Part shown: in pieces, positions 1 through 12,534 of the stretch
Layout of the letters: each line of letters opens with the position of its first letter
Position numbering within the stretch: position 1 is the stretch's first letter
From: Cladosporium halotolerans
Lineage: Eukaryota
Length of the DNA stretch: 64,000 nucleotides
Assembly: GCF_011745625.1 (NCBI RefSeq)
Contig: NW_027191454.1
Span: forward strand, 1,054,001 to 1,118,000
Reading direction: 5' to 3'
Notes under the pieces: generated by a model
What the model was told of the DNA's origin: nothing
What the model saw: only the letters and a program-made list of their open reading frames with translations
Database searches by the model: none
Made by a program: the position numbers and the translations under genes

Positions 1-255
1 CACTCTTTGGACCCTTGAACGCTCGTCAGGAAGTGAAGTGAGCTTCGCTGCCGCCTAAAGCGAATCACATGATCGACGGCGTGTTGAGGTGCGCTTCGCT
101 CTGACCCTCTACAAAGAAAGTTTCTTTCTGCTCTAAATGGGAGTCAGCATACCTCATCCTCCACGCCTGCACCGTTGTCTATTGCATTTTGACAGTCTTC
201 TCGTCGCTCCCGACTTTGAAACGGTTCGACTTTGCGGAGTTTTCTCAACGCAGCA

Positions 256-2199
256 ATGGCGACAAACATTGCCGCAAATCTCATGGCCGCACTCACGCGC
301 GAATGGCAGGCTTTAGGCCTGCACGACATTGGCTCCGGCCTACCAGGGACCTATTCTTCAGTGATTGCAGTGACCTGCCTCAGTCGAGACATCTACCTCG
401 CAGCCCGAGAGCAGTCTCAAGGCTCTGGTTTTCTCCCGAACGGAGAGTTGGACGCAGATGAAGCAAGCTCGCTACGTAATAAGATTCGGGATCAGGTCCT
501 CTTCCCCTTACTGTGTACGGGGACAAAGCCGTATGGATCATGGATCTGGCCGGAACAAGCGGTGTCTGTGATGCACTCTGAATCGGTTCTGCATTCGCCG
601 CCGATCGCACAAAAACTCACATGGTCCTCAGATGGAGACCGCCAAACGTAAGTGGCCCAGGGTATGCGTATTCGAAGCTCTGAGCTCACTGTTGGACAGT
701 ATCCTCGACAGAGTTCTCAAAATCATGCTTTTGGATGTGCAGTTCGTGAAGCATCAAGCTACCCAGCAAGATCTATCCCGTCAAACGCCAGTGGAGCCAA
801 TGGCATTAAGTGCTGCAGACCATGAAGAGTATAGCTTACTCTCACAGTTCGCAACCCCAAGACACTAATGGAGTCACAGGCTTGCGTCTCAGATCAAGAA
901 AGTCGTCATAGAGACAAGTGGTCTCGATGTCATTGCCCCGTCCTCGAAGGGAACCTTAGGAGCAGAGACGCACCTGCCTTTCGGCGGGCAGTTGTGTGCT
1001 CAAGAATTCCTCGAAGAGACACCCGACAATGTCTTCTGCTTTTGCCCCGATCAGCCCGATCATCACATCGAAGGGCGCTGGTCATTCAACCAGCTCGTCG
1101 CCGAGTGGCAATCCGCAAGCCCAGACCGCCGCAAGACACGTGGTATCTTTCCAGACGCCCGGAAGACTAGTTCTACCATACCATACGAAGCATGTACAGT
1201 GCGCTGCACCTGTGCCAAATGTAAAGCTGGTGAAGCGTACCAACTCAAGTGCGTGCCTTTCCCATTTGGCAATGGCTATGAAACGGTAAGTATCCACCAG
1301 GATCTTGACACTAGGAACCCACGCTGATCTTTTTGCAGATTCTCATCCATCAGTTTCGAAGGGAGGGCGAAACATGGGCTGTCATCCTCACGGATTACGG
1401 CGGCCACATTCCGGTTTACCGACTTTGGGGCGCTTTCCAAGGTGACCTGACGGTGACGGGAGATAGCGAGTACGTCGTGCTCCAGGAGACTAGCGATGAT
1501 AAACCCGGGAACGACTCTCACGATGCCAACAATGACGGCAGACACTCAGCACAGCAATACAGCCAGAGCGCTTCCCCTGAAGACCCCGAAGAGTACGAGG
1601 ACGATGGCGACGACAATGAGTTTTCCCCCATATCCCAGAGAAAGCGGAAGAGGAACAGCAAAATGTCCCAACACGCGCAACCGGAAACGAAGAGACGCAA
1701 GTCGCGGAAAGGGCCATCAACAAATGACAAAGACCCTGGTCCCCTTCTGTCTACGCCAATGGATGCTAATGCATCAAAGGGTGGCCTGCCGATTTCCCAG
1801 GATAATAAGCGGCGACCGAGCCGGGATCTCACAAAGCCTCTCCAGACTCAGCCTGACAACGACGATGATGAAGAGATCCCACTCGCCAAGTGGCGTATTC
1901 GACGTGGTTCGCCTGCTACGAAGGTCAGTGCCCAGCAGCCGAATCCGCAGAGGCGTCTATTGGCTTCACACGACTCCAATTTAGCTGTTGTGTACAACAG
2001 TGCTTGCAAGCACGTCATGACCCAGAAAAGCGCCGGCAGTGGCGTCCCGGTCATTGTTACCAATCCACAGCTGCAAGAATACCTGAAAACTCTGGAACTC
2101 TTCGTCAAAGAAGAGAACGAGTGGCTTTTTCAGCAGCTGCTAGGCTTGATTGATGACGAATTGGTTAAGATTGGTGCTGAGAAGGTGCCTAGGGCTTAG
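256..2199 (+). CDS. Hypothetical protein with CxCxxC / YRLWGA domain and C-terminal helical domain (paralog of 3499..5118); 5' end uncertain
   Basis: ORF pieces 232..651, 632..868, 992..1327 and 1333..2199 join in frame via GT-AG introns ~648..699, ~829..879 and ~1286..1338. The protein aligns by eye with the neighbouring gene. The start could instead be the ATG at 800. Confidence 0.6.
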
Positions 2200-3498
2200 G
2201 GAACGATGAGCACGCTCTCTGACGGAAGAATTGTGTTTGAGTAGTTCAAAGTTGATGGTAGCACTGTATCGTTCTAAATTGCTCTGGAGATACTGTTTTC
2301 GACGAATCAGATGCTTCTCCGCGATATGAATACGACATTGAGGTGCTATCATCTGCCATAGACAATCCAATTGTGTTACTAGCCACTGAGAGCCGTGCAT
2401 GTAGTCACACTACAGACTTCTGAATCAGCGGTGGAGAAGAGGGCATAGAGTAGGTTTGAGGCCCTAGTATCTCTGTACGCTGTGGCATACTCCTCGGTGC
2501 TGTAATGTGATCATGTCCTTTGCTGCCATCTGCCGTCCTGGCATGGTAAATCCTCGATCCTTCGTTACTGTTCTTTTTTTCCTCATGTAGGCCTTGCGAT
2601 CACTTGTCGAAGATGATGGCCAAATTTTGTTTTCCAGATAGCTTCGCGCAACTCAGCAAGTGCTGAGTAGGACATCACTTAGACAGGTTGACTCCCTAAG
2701 TATGTGGAAGTGTTACTCACCTGAAGTAAAGAAGAGTACATCTCTTCCCCGCAAGTCGAGATATCAGACAACCTCAATGATTGTGCCTCGGTCACGTATT
2801 TACTGATCGGCCATTGATATTACTCATCTATGTTATGAAAAGCTGCTTAGCAGCCTTACCATCAACCCCGACCAAATCGCCTGTCCGAACGTACGCATGC
2901 ACGTAGATTGGACTCCGCTTCGGTGCCAAAAACGAAGGTTCCATGTATCAGGCGGCTAGCATATGGTATTTTAGAAGCCACATGCCGGTCCAGTGTTCCT
3001 AGGCGGTGTGGAAACTCGTGATTCACTATTGCACCTGCTTTTCACTATCTCTTATCCAGTACGTAATCATGGGACTTCACCCACTTCATCTAGATATATT
3101 TCGGCCTTCGCTATTTCTCCTCCAAATTATAAGAATGGCACTTCACCTACTTCATGCATCTGTATGACACAATTTACAGGTCTGTGCATCGCGCCGTCCA
3201 CTGTTTCATGCCTATCACTTAGTAAGTGAAGCACGATCGAAGTAACACTGCGACTAGAGAGAAGTGACAAAGATACTACGTCAAAGGCCGTGCTGGCTCT
3301 AGGTCCGTCTGCCACAGACCAGCTGACCATTATAGTCTTTCACTTATGTTGAGGGATTTCGCCACCGCCAGGGGTATTTGATGAGCTTCTCCGCCCTGTG
3401 TTGGCGTTCGCCTGCGACCTCCAAGTCCTCCAACATCCGTCTTCAACCTCGCAAAAGCAAGCGCCTATCTCCCTTTTGGATCGCTCCAAATCGCCATA

Positions 3499-5118
3499 AT
3501 GGAGCAGGATCTCGCGAAGGCCAAGGCTGCGGTCGGTGGAGAAGAGAAGTACATTTCCTGCGCGCACTGAAGATCCACCTGGGAGTCACTTCTAACTGGA
3601 GAATCATATAGAGTGAAGTCGCGCAAGGCACAGCCGAGCCTGCGTGGCACTAGAGTCGCCAATACGCCAGCCGGGCGCAACGATGCTTCCGACGACGAGG
3701 ACACAACTTCCACCGTGAAGTACTGTTTGGAAGAGGTTATCGAGGAGATGCCGGACGAAGCGTATCGCTTCGATACCAAGAGTCTGAACCAGCATGTTAA
3801 GTCTCGCGTTTCCTTGAATGAGCTCAAGAAGAAGTGGATGTTGGCAAGCCGCGCTGAGAAGAGCGACCGCTCCAAGTTCCCTGAGACCCGCAAGAAGAAT
3901 TTCAAGAAGACACTTCCCTTCCAGACTATCACAGTTGAATGCACTTGCCTCCAATGTCAGGACGGCACGCCAAAGCGCTTTCAGTGTAAGCCCTTCGCGT
4001 TCGGCAACAAGGGAGACATGGTGAGTGTTTGCTTGCAAAGGATTCATTCTGGGTATTTTTTACCATGTGTTCTCCGAGCTGACAAGCGACAGATCCTGAT
4101 TTTACCGTTCGACTTTGAAGAGAGCGAGTGGGCGTTCATTCTCTCGGACCACGGCGACGACCCGCCGCGCTACCGGCTCTGGGGAGCTTCCAATGACGAC
4201 GATCCGAATGAAGTGTTCGACTGCGGCTCCGTGGAGGTCCAAGAAGTTACTCCGTACCCTGTAGTCCCTACGTCTGTCCCACGCAGCGAGCGCTATGCCG
4301 CCAGACAGCAGAACGAGACCGCCAACAAGCAAGGTCGCAAGCCTAGAGCAGTTGCCGATGACGGTATTGAGGAGACTGAGTCCACTCCAGCCGCTCGCTC
4401 CAAGCGTAAGCGCGCGAGCCCAGGCCCGAATCTGATGGGTTGTCAGAAGAAGGGCCGTAAATCGGGTCTACAGCTAGCACCTGCACGCGAAACACTTATG
4501 GGTACCGAGGGGAAAGGCCGTAGGCGGGGTCTCGATCAGACCACTCCAGGAAACGCTTCGTCTTTGGCTTCGAAGGGTGTGAAGGCCGCGCCTCCTTCTA
4601 CTTCCGCAGCAGAGTCTCTCTCGGCAACGATGGAGCGTCTGCTCTCGGCGGAGCCGAATGATCCGATCGATGATCCGGAAGAACTGTCTCCCCCTTCCAA
4701 AGGCGACCAGAATGACGTTTCTGTCGACGAGAGTACGCCGGCCTCGAAGCCAAGCAAGGGCTATCCTCTCGACGATCCGCTGGCCACTTGGATGCCATTT
4801 CAGCCGCGTATGGCTCAGATGAAACCTCCTGCTGCAATCAAATCCTCCACTGCCAACAAGCGTTCCCCAGTCGAGGGCCTAAACAACTTCAACTTCGACA
4901 AGGCCTACAAGACTGTTCGTAAGCACCTCATGTTTCAGCAGAGGCCGAGCGATAGGTTGACCTTCGACGCCCAGAACGAAGATGTCAAGTTGTACCTCCA
5001 GAAGCTCAAATCCCTGAAGGACCGCCAGGACAAGTTTACCTTCGAAGAGACCGTTGACGTGATTAACGACGAATTGGTCGAGGCTGGTTTCCCAGAGCTG
5101 CCTAAGCTTTGGGAATGA
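3499..5118 (+). CDS. Hypothetical protein with CxCxxC / YRLWGA domain, basic NLS-like stretches and C-terminal helical domain
   Basis: ATG 3499 (MEQDLAK...), phase-2 intron 3549..3611 with CTAAC branch, in-frame intron 4021..4092 (GTGAGT...CTGAC...AG), ORF ends 5118. Confidence 0.75.
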
Positions 5119-6390
5119 GCCGCATCATGGCGAAATGCTTCTTCTAAAACACACCAGGAAACTTGTCTGTGGTACAACGATGGCCTTCTCTACTGGTTCT
5201 GAGCTTTACTTGCTGGTCTCGACGGACTGGCGAACAACGATCCACAAAGTTCATCTCGAGTGTTACTTGCCGTGAGGCGTTCAGGCGGAGGAAATCCGAG
5301 ATTGGCCGTTTCTTTTCGCAATGAGCTTTTGTCTTCTGAATCCGAAGGACCAAGCACTGCGCTCAACACTCCTGCTCAGAGTAGAGTAGAACACAGGATA
5401 GCTTCCGAACAAACACATGCTTCATAACATCTTGGCTCAAGATTTTCTCGTGATGCTTGATGCTTATTCCTTAAAACAGCGAAAGACTGGATACAGACCG
5501 CTACTCGTACCGAGTGCCGTGTACCACCGTGATTTCTTAGTAAGGGTGATGTCGTTGCACACGCATTGCTTTCGCACGAGCCAGCGGCAACGCTGCCACG
5601 CGAGCTCCACGGGCTTTTAAGATCTTCGAAATCACAGCATCATGTGTCGAGACTGTATAGGGTAAGACCACAACATGGCGATGTTGTACCGCCTCGTGCT
5701 CTCCATCGCACAATACTGTCGGTCACGCGCAGTGCGAGTCGCACGACCGCTGGCTCGAAGCTTTCGCGCGGGGACAAAAGTCAGATCATCACAAGCGTCC
5801 ATCACCCGGCCACGCTGTTTACTGGTGACTGCAGGAACTGGAAAGGATGTGCGATCAACCTCTCGTCCTCCCGATGCTCCCCTCAGCTCCAGGGCGGGAC
5901 AAGGGCGATCCCAACTTGGCGGGCGGAGAGTCCAACACCTCCACCTCTCCACAACCCGTGGAGGATTGCGCTAAAAGGCAAGACGCGCATAAAGTCCGGC
6001 TGACTACCTTGCACTAGCATTGCTACTGCAAGGGCAGGCCTATTCCCTGGATGCGCACCTATTATTGCTTTCTCGCCTGCGCCCTGCGCTGGGTGGCCAG
6101 CGAGCGCATGCTCCTCCCGTGCCGTCTATGGCGGCCGACCCGGAGCCCCACGGGGTGGAGAGCACGGGCGGGGGAGGTCAACAGCGTCCATGCGGGCTTG
6201 AATGGTGAATGCAACGTCGGTGTGGTGTAGCAGGGAAGAAGCTGTCCGCAACCCAGTTCCCGTGACGCGATTTGTCTCTCGCTCGCCGACTCTGCCTTCC
6301 TCGCCTTTATATAGGTAGGTCACGGTCTGCTCTTTCTTCTTTCCAATCACCGCGCCTCCTCCGACAATAACACCAAGTCCACCTGCCGCG

Positions 6391-8635
6391 ATGTTGCTTT
6401 CTCTAAGCGTTCAGGCAGTGTTGCTGGCTGGCAGTGCATTGACTCGGGCTTTTGTCCTCCCGAGACAGGCCAACGGCTCAACCTACACCGTCCAGACACC
6501 GCCGCTCGACACAGACTGGACCTACGAAGTCGGCACCAACCCTTGGCCGGAGTATCCTCGTCCTCAACTCGAGCGTTCGCAGTGGAAGAACCTCAATGGC
6601 ATCTGGAAGTACCAGAACGCCTCCGGCTTGAACGCCGTCGACAACCCACCTTTCGGTCAGAACCTTGGGCAGGAAGTCCTGGTGCCGTCATGTCTCGAAA
6701 GCGGCTTATCTGGTGCGTGATATAGATCGATCAAATCGTCACGTATTGGCATTCGGCTGACAGAACTACCAGGCATTCAGGGTAGCTACATGCTGTACTC
6801 GTGGTTCTCAACGCTGTTCGAGGTTCCATCGACTTTCACCGGTGAGCGCACGCTCTTGAACTTTGGCGCCGTCGACTACGAGGCTTGGATCTACGTCAAT
6901 GGTCAATACGCTGGCTTCAACCGCGGCGGCTACTTCGAGTTCACGATCGATGTGACCGATCAAATATCGGGCAATAGCACGAACGAGCTGTAAGTGTGAT
7001 CTTAGATATGATCATTGGCTCAGGACTGACAAACCGAAAGTCTCGTCTTTGTGCACGACCCGACAGACAGTGACGACTATGTAATTCCCATCGGCAAACA
7101 AACTTTGAACCCATCGCACATCTTCTACAGGCCCTGCAGCGGCATCTGGCAGAGTGTGTGGATCGAGTCGGCTCCTGCCAACCACATCACGGAATTGCAA
7201 TTGTCTGCGGGCGCCGACGGTTCTGGTGAGTGATCATACAATAATCACATGTTGAGACAGATGCTGACGGAGTGTGTTAGTCAACGCTACTGTCTACACT
7301 TCGAACAACGGCACCACCGATGTCGAGGTCAAAATCACTGGCGCAGACGGTACCGAAGTTGCTAGCCACAGTGGCAGCTCCAACACCGCGCTCACCTTCC
7401 AGGCCGACAGTCCTGCTCTCTGGACACCAGATTCGCCTACGCTGTACAATGTTAGCGTTACTCTCGGTGACGACCAGATCAATAGCTACACAGCTTTCCG
7501 CACCGTGAGCAGGGGAGATGTCAATGGCATCGAGCGGCCTTTGCTCAATGGGGAGTTCGTCTTCCAATTCGGAACGCTAGATCAAGGCTACTGGCCAGAC
7601 GGCCTCTACACCCCTCCCAACCGTGAGGCGATGGAGTATGACTTGAAGATGCTGAAGGACTTGGGCTTCAACATGGTCCGCAAGCACGTACGTTTCATTT
7701 CCCCAGAGACGTGTGTGTTGCTCTATACGCTGACATCCTTGACAGATCAAAGTCGAAACGGCGCTGTTCTATCAATCCTGTGATCAGCTCGGGTTGATGG
7801 TAATCCAAGACATGCCCTCTCTCAGGCCCATCCAGACCCGGACATTGGACAACTGCACGGTGCAAGACATCCTCCCGAACGCCGAGCAGCAGCAAGAATT
7901 CCAGCGCCAGCTCGAAGTCCTCATCCGCCAACACCGCAGCTACCCCAGCATCGTCACCTGGGTGATCTACAATGAAGGCTGGGGCCAGATCCGCGACACC
8001 TACTATCCGGAGTTCGAGCTCACCGACCTCGTCCGCTCCCTCGACCCCACCAGACTCATCGACGCGACGAGCGGCTGGTTCGACCACGGCGCAGGCGACT
8101 TCAGCGACAACCACCACTACGCGAACCCGCAGTGCGGCACGCCCTTCTACTCTATCCAGTCCAGCCCTTACGACCCCAACCGCATCGGCTTCCAAGGCGA
8201 ATTCGGCGGTATCGGCGAGAACACCACTATCGACCAGTAAGCTCCCTTTCAACACCGTCCTCCCGTTCAGATCCCCACTAACCCACCCCTCCCAGCCTCT
8301 GGAATGTCCAACAAGCTATCGACACCATCAACCAGACCTACGAAATCGATCAGACCAACGAAGCCTACAACTACCGCTCGCACCTGCTGCTCTCCGAGCT
8401 CGCCGACCAGACGGAGCGCTACGCCTGCTCCGGCGGCGTCTGGACGCAGACTTCCGACGTCGAAGGCGAGGTCAACGGCTTGGTCACGTACGATCGCCGC
8501 GTGCTGAGGCCGAATGTTGACCAGTGGCGCTCGGATATCAAGGCGCTGTATGATGCTGCGGCGGCGAGGGGGAACGGGTCGGCTGTGATGCCTGAGGGGA
8601 ATCCGTATGGGCAACATGGACCGCCTGGGTTTTGA
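6391..8635 (+). CDS. Secreted glycoside hydrolase family 2 (beta-galactosidase/glucuronidase-like)
   Basis: Signal-peptide-like N-terminus; motifs WPEYPRPQL, LNFGAVDY, LDQGYWPDG, VIYNEGWG (acid/base NE) and GEFGG. Five introns ~6713..6772, 6990..7040, 7226..7280, 7688..7745, 8237..8295; TGA 8633..8635. Confidence 0.92.
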
Positions 8636-9475
8636 AGGGGTGGGAAGGATGCGCGTTGGTGCGGTGGACCGTGACGAACGCATTCTACTTTTCGTAGCCT
8701 CTTTGACAAATGCAATACTTCCTACCAAGGCGATGGCGATAGCATTGTTGAACCTGAAAATCCTTGTCAGATTACCAAGGAATTTTTCTTTTTTTTCAAT
8801 GGCAAATATCGGACAGAAAGCACAGCAAAATAATGTTGGGCTCCCGATCCCCTCAAACGCTCAGATTTGTCTCCTGACCGTAGCACCGTACACCAATCGT
8901 GAAAGGGCAAGACCCCGCCTTTGTGGACCGCAACCGACCGGATGGATAATTTGATCGCCAGGGCTGCGGATTATAAACAAGCACATCTCAATCAGAATGA
9001 GTTTGTGAGCCCGGGTTACATCCTTGTCTAGGCCGTGCCATCCACACCAACCACACTCTGACTCGCAACGGACACTGAACGGACCTCGTATTCTTTGAAG
9101 CTTGATGAATTTGTCTCTTTCCCTATCCTATTTCCCGTTTTCCCAAAGTAAGGTATGGACAAAAGAGAAAACGGAGAGGAACATAAGAGAGGGTAAACGC
9201 TACGAGATGAGGTCGCCGGCAAGCAACGTGATGCAAGCTCGATCGCCAGATGTGTTGTGATGGAAGAGAGCAAACCCTCCGTTCCGTCCATCTGAGTTCC
9301 AAACCAATCAATCCCAGAGCGCAAGCGGCGCCTTTGCAACAAACCCACAACTCCCTTCCCAGTATCCCATGACGCACGAAGACGCACGAGGCCGAAAATG
9401 CAAACAACCTATCCCATCCCAAACGCCCGAAACTCCCTCTCAAACTCCGTCCCCCAATTCAAACCACCAACAAAT

Positions 9476-11799
9476 CTAGAACACCATCCTCCCCTTCCTC
9501 TCCAAAAACGGACTCGGCATCTCCGCCACCTCCCCGCTCTCCACCAGCCTCTCCCACTTCGCGGGGCTCGCCGGCGCCTGGCTCAGCTCGACCAGCGTCC
9601 GGCCCTGCAGCGCGTGGTTGCGCTGCGCCAGCTTCATCATGTCGCCCGCGCGGCGCGCGGCTGCCAGCGGCGTGCGGTTGCCGCCTGACGGAGCCTTAGG
9701 CGCCTGCCGCGAGGGCGTGAGTTCCTTTTTGGGCGGCGGCGCGGTGCGCTTGGGGGATGCGGTGGGCGCGGTGCGGGGCGGGCGGTTTTCTTTCTCGGTT
9801 GTTGTTGTTGTTGTGCCGCGGGAGGAAGGGCGAGGGATGCTGGGGTCTTTCTTGGAGAGGATTGTGTTTCGGCGGGCGTTGGAGGCTTGCGGGAGCTGCA
9901 CGGGCATGGTGTTTTGCCGGCCGAGGCTGGGGCGGGCGCCTGCTTTGCGGAGGTGGGGGGCGGGGGGTTGGATGGCCTTGAAGGGGTCGCCGCTGCGGTT
10001 GCTGAGGCCGCTGGTGGGGCGGGAGGGGGACTCGGGCTCTTCGTCGTCTTCGAGGATGTCGTCGGCGAAGGTGGACTCGGCTTGCTCGGCGAAGAGGTCG
10101 GCGGAGGTGGCGACGTTGAGGTTGGAGGAGGGAGGGGGGATTCGCGCGGCTTCGGCGAAAATGTTGCGGCGCAGGGGCTGGCTGGAGACGCCTTGCTTGG
10201 CTCGGGCTTCTCTTCTGGGAGAGAGGGCGAGACCGCGCAGGCTGTTGGGGGGCATTGGGCTGGGGTCGGCCATCTGGACGTCCATGGGTGAGCCGGGGTA
10301 GGCGTCTATTGCTGTCCTGGCGCGGGTGAAGGGAGTGCGGCCGGTCCTACGAGGGGGAGGCTTGGTACGCTGTGCCAGGGGCGAGGTCTCTTCTCCAAGG
10401 CTAAGGCTGGTGATCTCAGTCTCCAGGTCTGCGTCTTCGTTCGGACGTTCAGGCGATGAGGCTGCGGTGGGAGCCGTGGTGAAAGAGGAAGCGTTGCTTT
10501 GCGGAGGAGGCGTGCTGGACCTCACACTGACAGAGACACCTTGCGACGCAGGCAGACTGGCAAGATGTGCTTGCAACCGCTTCTCAACCTCCTGCTCGAA
10601 GATGGCGTCCAGGCGAACCTTCTCCGCGTTAAATCTTTCCTCAATCGCGAGGGTAGCTTTGGTGTGCCACTCCATCCTGATGTGCGACTCAACGTCCTTC
10701 AGCCTCGTGACCTCCTCGCGAAGCGCAGCATTTTCCTTTTCGAAACGCTTGACCTTCTCGAGCAACGCCTCGCGTTCTGAACTGTCTTTGACCAGAGCGA
10801 GTTCCGACTGTAGCTTCATTCTCGCGAACTTGATACCAGTGAGCTGCAGCATCTGAGCGGTGTCAGGCCTCTCGTCGGGGTTCACTCGAAGGCATGAGGC
10901 GATGACCATTCCAAGCTCCTTGGAGTAGCGGGTTGGCAAAGGCTTCACTTTTCCAAGACGAATCTTCTGGATCAGCTCCAGGTGGCTGCGCGCGTTGAAC
11001 GGAGGCTCCAGCGAGCAGAGCTCATACATGATACAGCCCAGCGACCAGACATCGCTCTTGCCCGAATACCGCTCACTACTGCAGATCTCCGGGCTCATGT
11101 AGAATGGCGTTCCAACATAGGTGCTGGCGAAGTCGTGTGCTGAGAGAAGCTTGGAGAGACCGAAATCGCCAAGCTTCACGGTCGAACCATTAGTCAAAAA
11201 GACGTTCTCGGGCTTCAGATCTCTGTGCAGGATGATCTGGTCTTCGTCTTTTCTGCGGATACCAGGTACAGGCTTGGGCTGGTTAAGCTCCGATTCCCGT
11301 CCGGGCGCTGGTGCTTCATGTCCGGCATGGCAACGGTAGAGCGCGCCTGCAAGCTGACTGAAGACTTGCCAGACGAATTCCTGCAAAATGGTAAATATTC
11401 GAAACCTGTTTCAACAAATAAGACAGAGCATACCTCGTCGGCGTATGAATGAGTGCGCGCAAGCCTCTTGATGTACCCGCCAAGATCACCGCTGCTGCAG
11501 TACTCCATGTACAGATGCAGCTCGTTGGAAGCCTTCACGTGGTGTCTCGACACATATCGAACGATATTTGTGTGCTGCAGACGCTCCAACACTCTGATCT
11601 CAGCATGCAATTGCTCCTTCTCCCTCTGCGACATCGCAGCGTAGGAAATCTCCTTGCGCGCAAGCACCTCGCCCGTGCTCTTCCTCTTGACCTTGCGAAT
11701 TATGCCGAATGAACCTTGGCCAATCTTCTCCAACACCTCGAACTCTGCCGAGGGATCACCATGGTCAGCGCCTCCCGCGCGCTTGATATTTGAGGTCAT
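9476..11799 (-). CDS. nimA: NIMA/NEK-family G2-specific Ser/Thr protein kinase
   Basis: GQGSFG, RKEISY, HRDLKPEN, DFGLSK and YVGTPFYMSPE motifs; coiled coil then S/P-rich tail ending GRTLVEL...MPSPFL typical of fungal NimA; one intron ~11381..11433. Confidence 0.9.
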
Positions 11800-12534
11800 G
11801 TCCGGAGATTAGTGTATGCTGGTTGATGCTTGTCGCTGTTCGTGGTCGTCTGTATATCCAAATCTGACTGTTGCGATCGTGTCATGTGCTGGGTGTGTCG
11901 TTGTCCGGGTAAAGACTGCGGTATCTCCTGCCTCTGATTGCGTCTGCTGGACGAAGAGACTGTATATGCGGATGCAAGCGCTTTTCAGGAAATCATCATG
12001 CTCGCCAAACGACAGACAACGGATGATATGCAACGAGGGAAGAAGCTTGGGTAGTGGTGCGGTTAGTATGACGGCTGGTCGGCAAAACAAGCAAATAGGT
12101 GGACAGGCGACGCTGCGGGTCTGTTTGGTCGGTAGGATATGGCGGCGGATCGTGGTTTACTTGGGATCGAGAGAGCCATGGCGGCTGCAGCGTCGACAGG
12201 GTGCAGCGATGTTTACCGCCCGGGGCGTTTCCATGCCGACCAGCGCTGCCCTGCAAGGCTAGCGGAGCGAAGCGGGCCCGTCTTCAGCAGAAACCGCTGC
12301 TGGAGAAACGTCGCGTGTCACGTGCACGGCCGCCGGGCTATGACGTCCGCGTTTCGTCCGAACCCTGGAAAATCGATCATGATCGAGTGAGGCGACGCTG
12401 GTATAGACGGGACTCACGTGCCACACTCGGGACTAGACGACGCTGTGACGGTCAGGTTATCATTTAGCGAGCGAAAGCGGATCCTCGTGCATTTTTGCTG
12501 GGTTGTTATTCCCCGTTGCTGCTCTAATCAGGCC

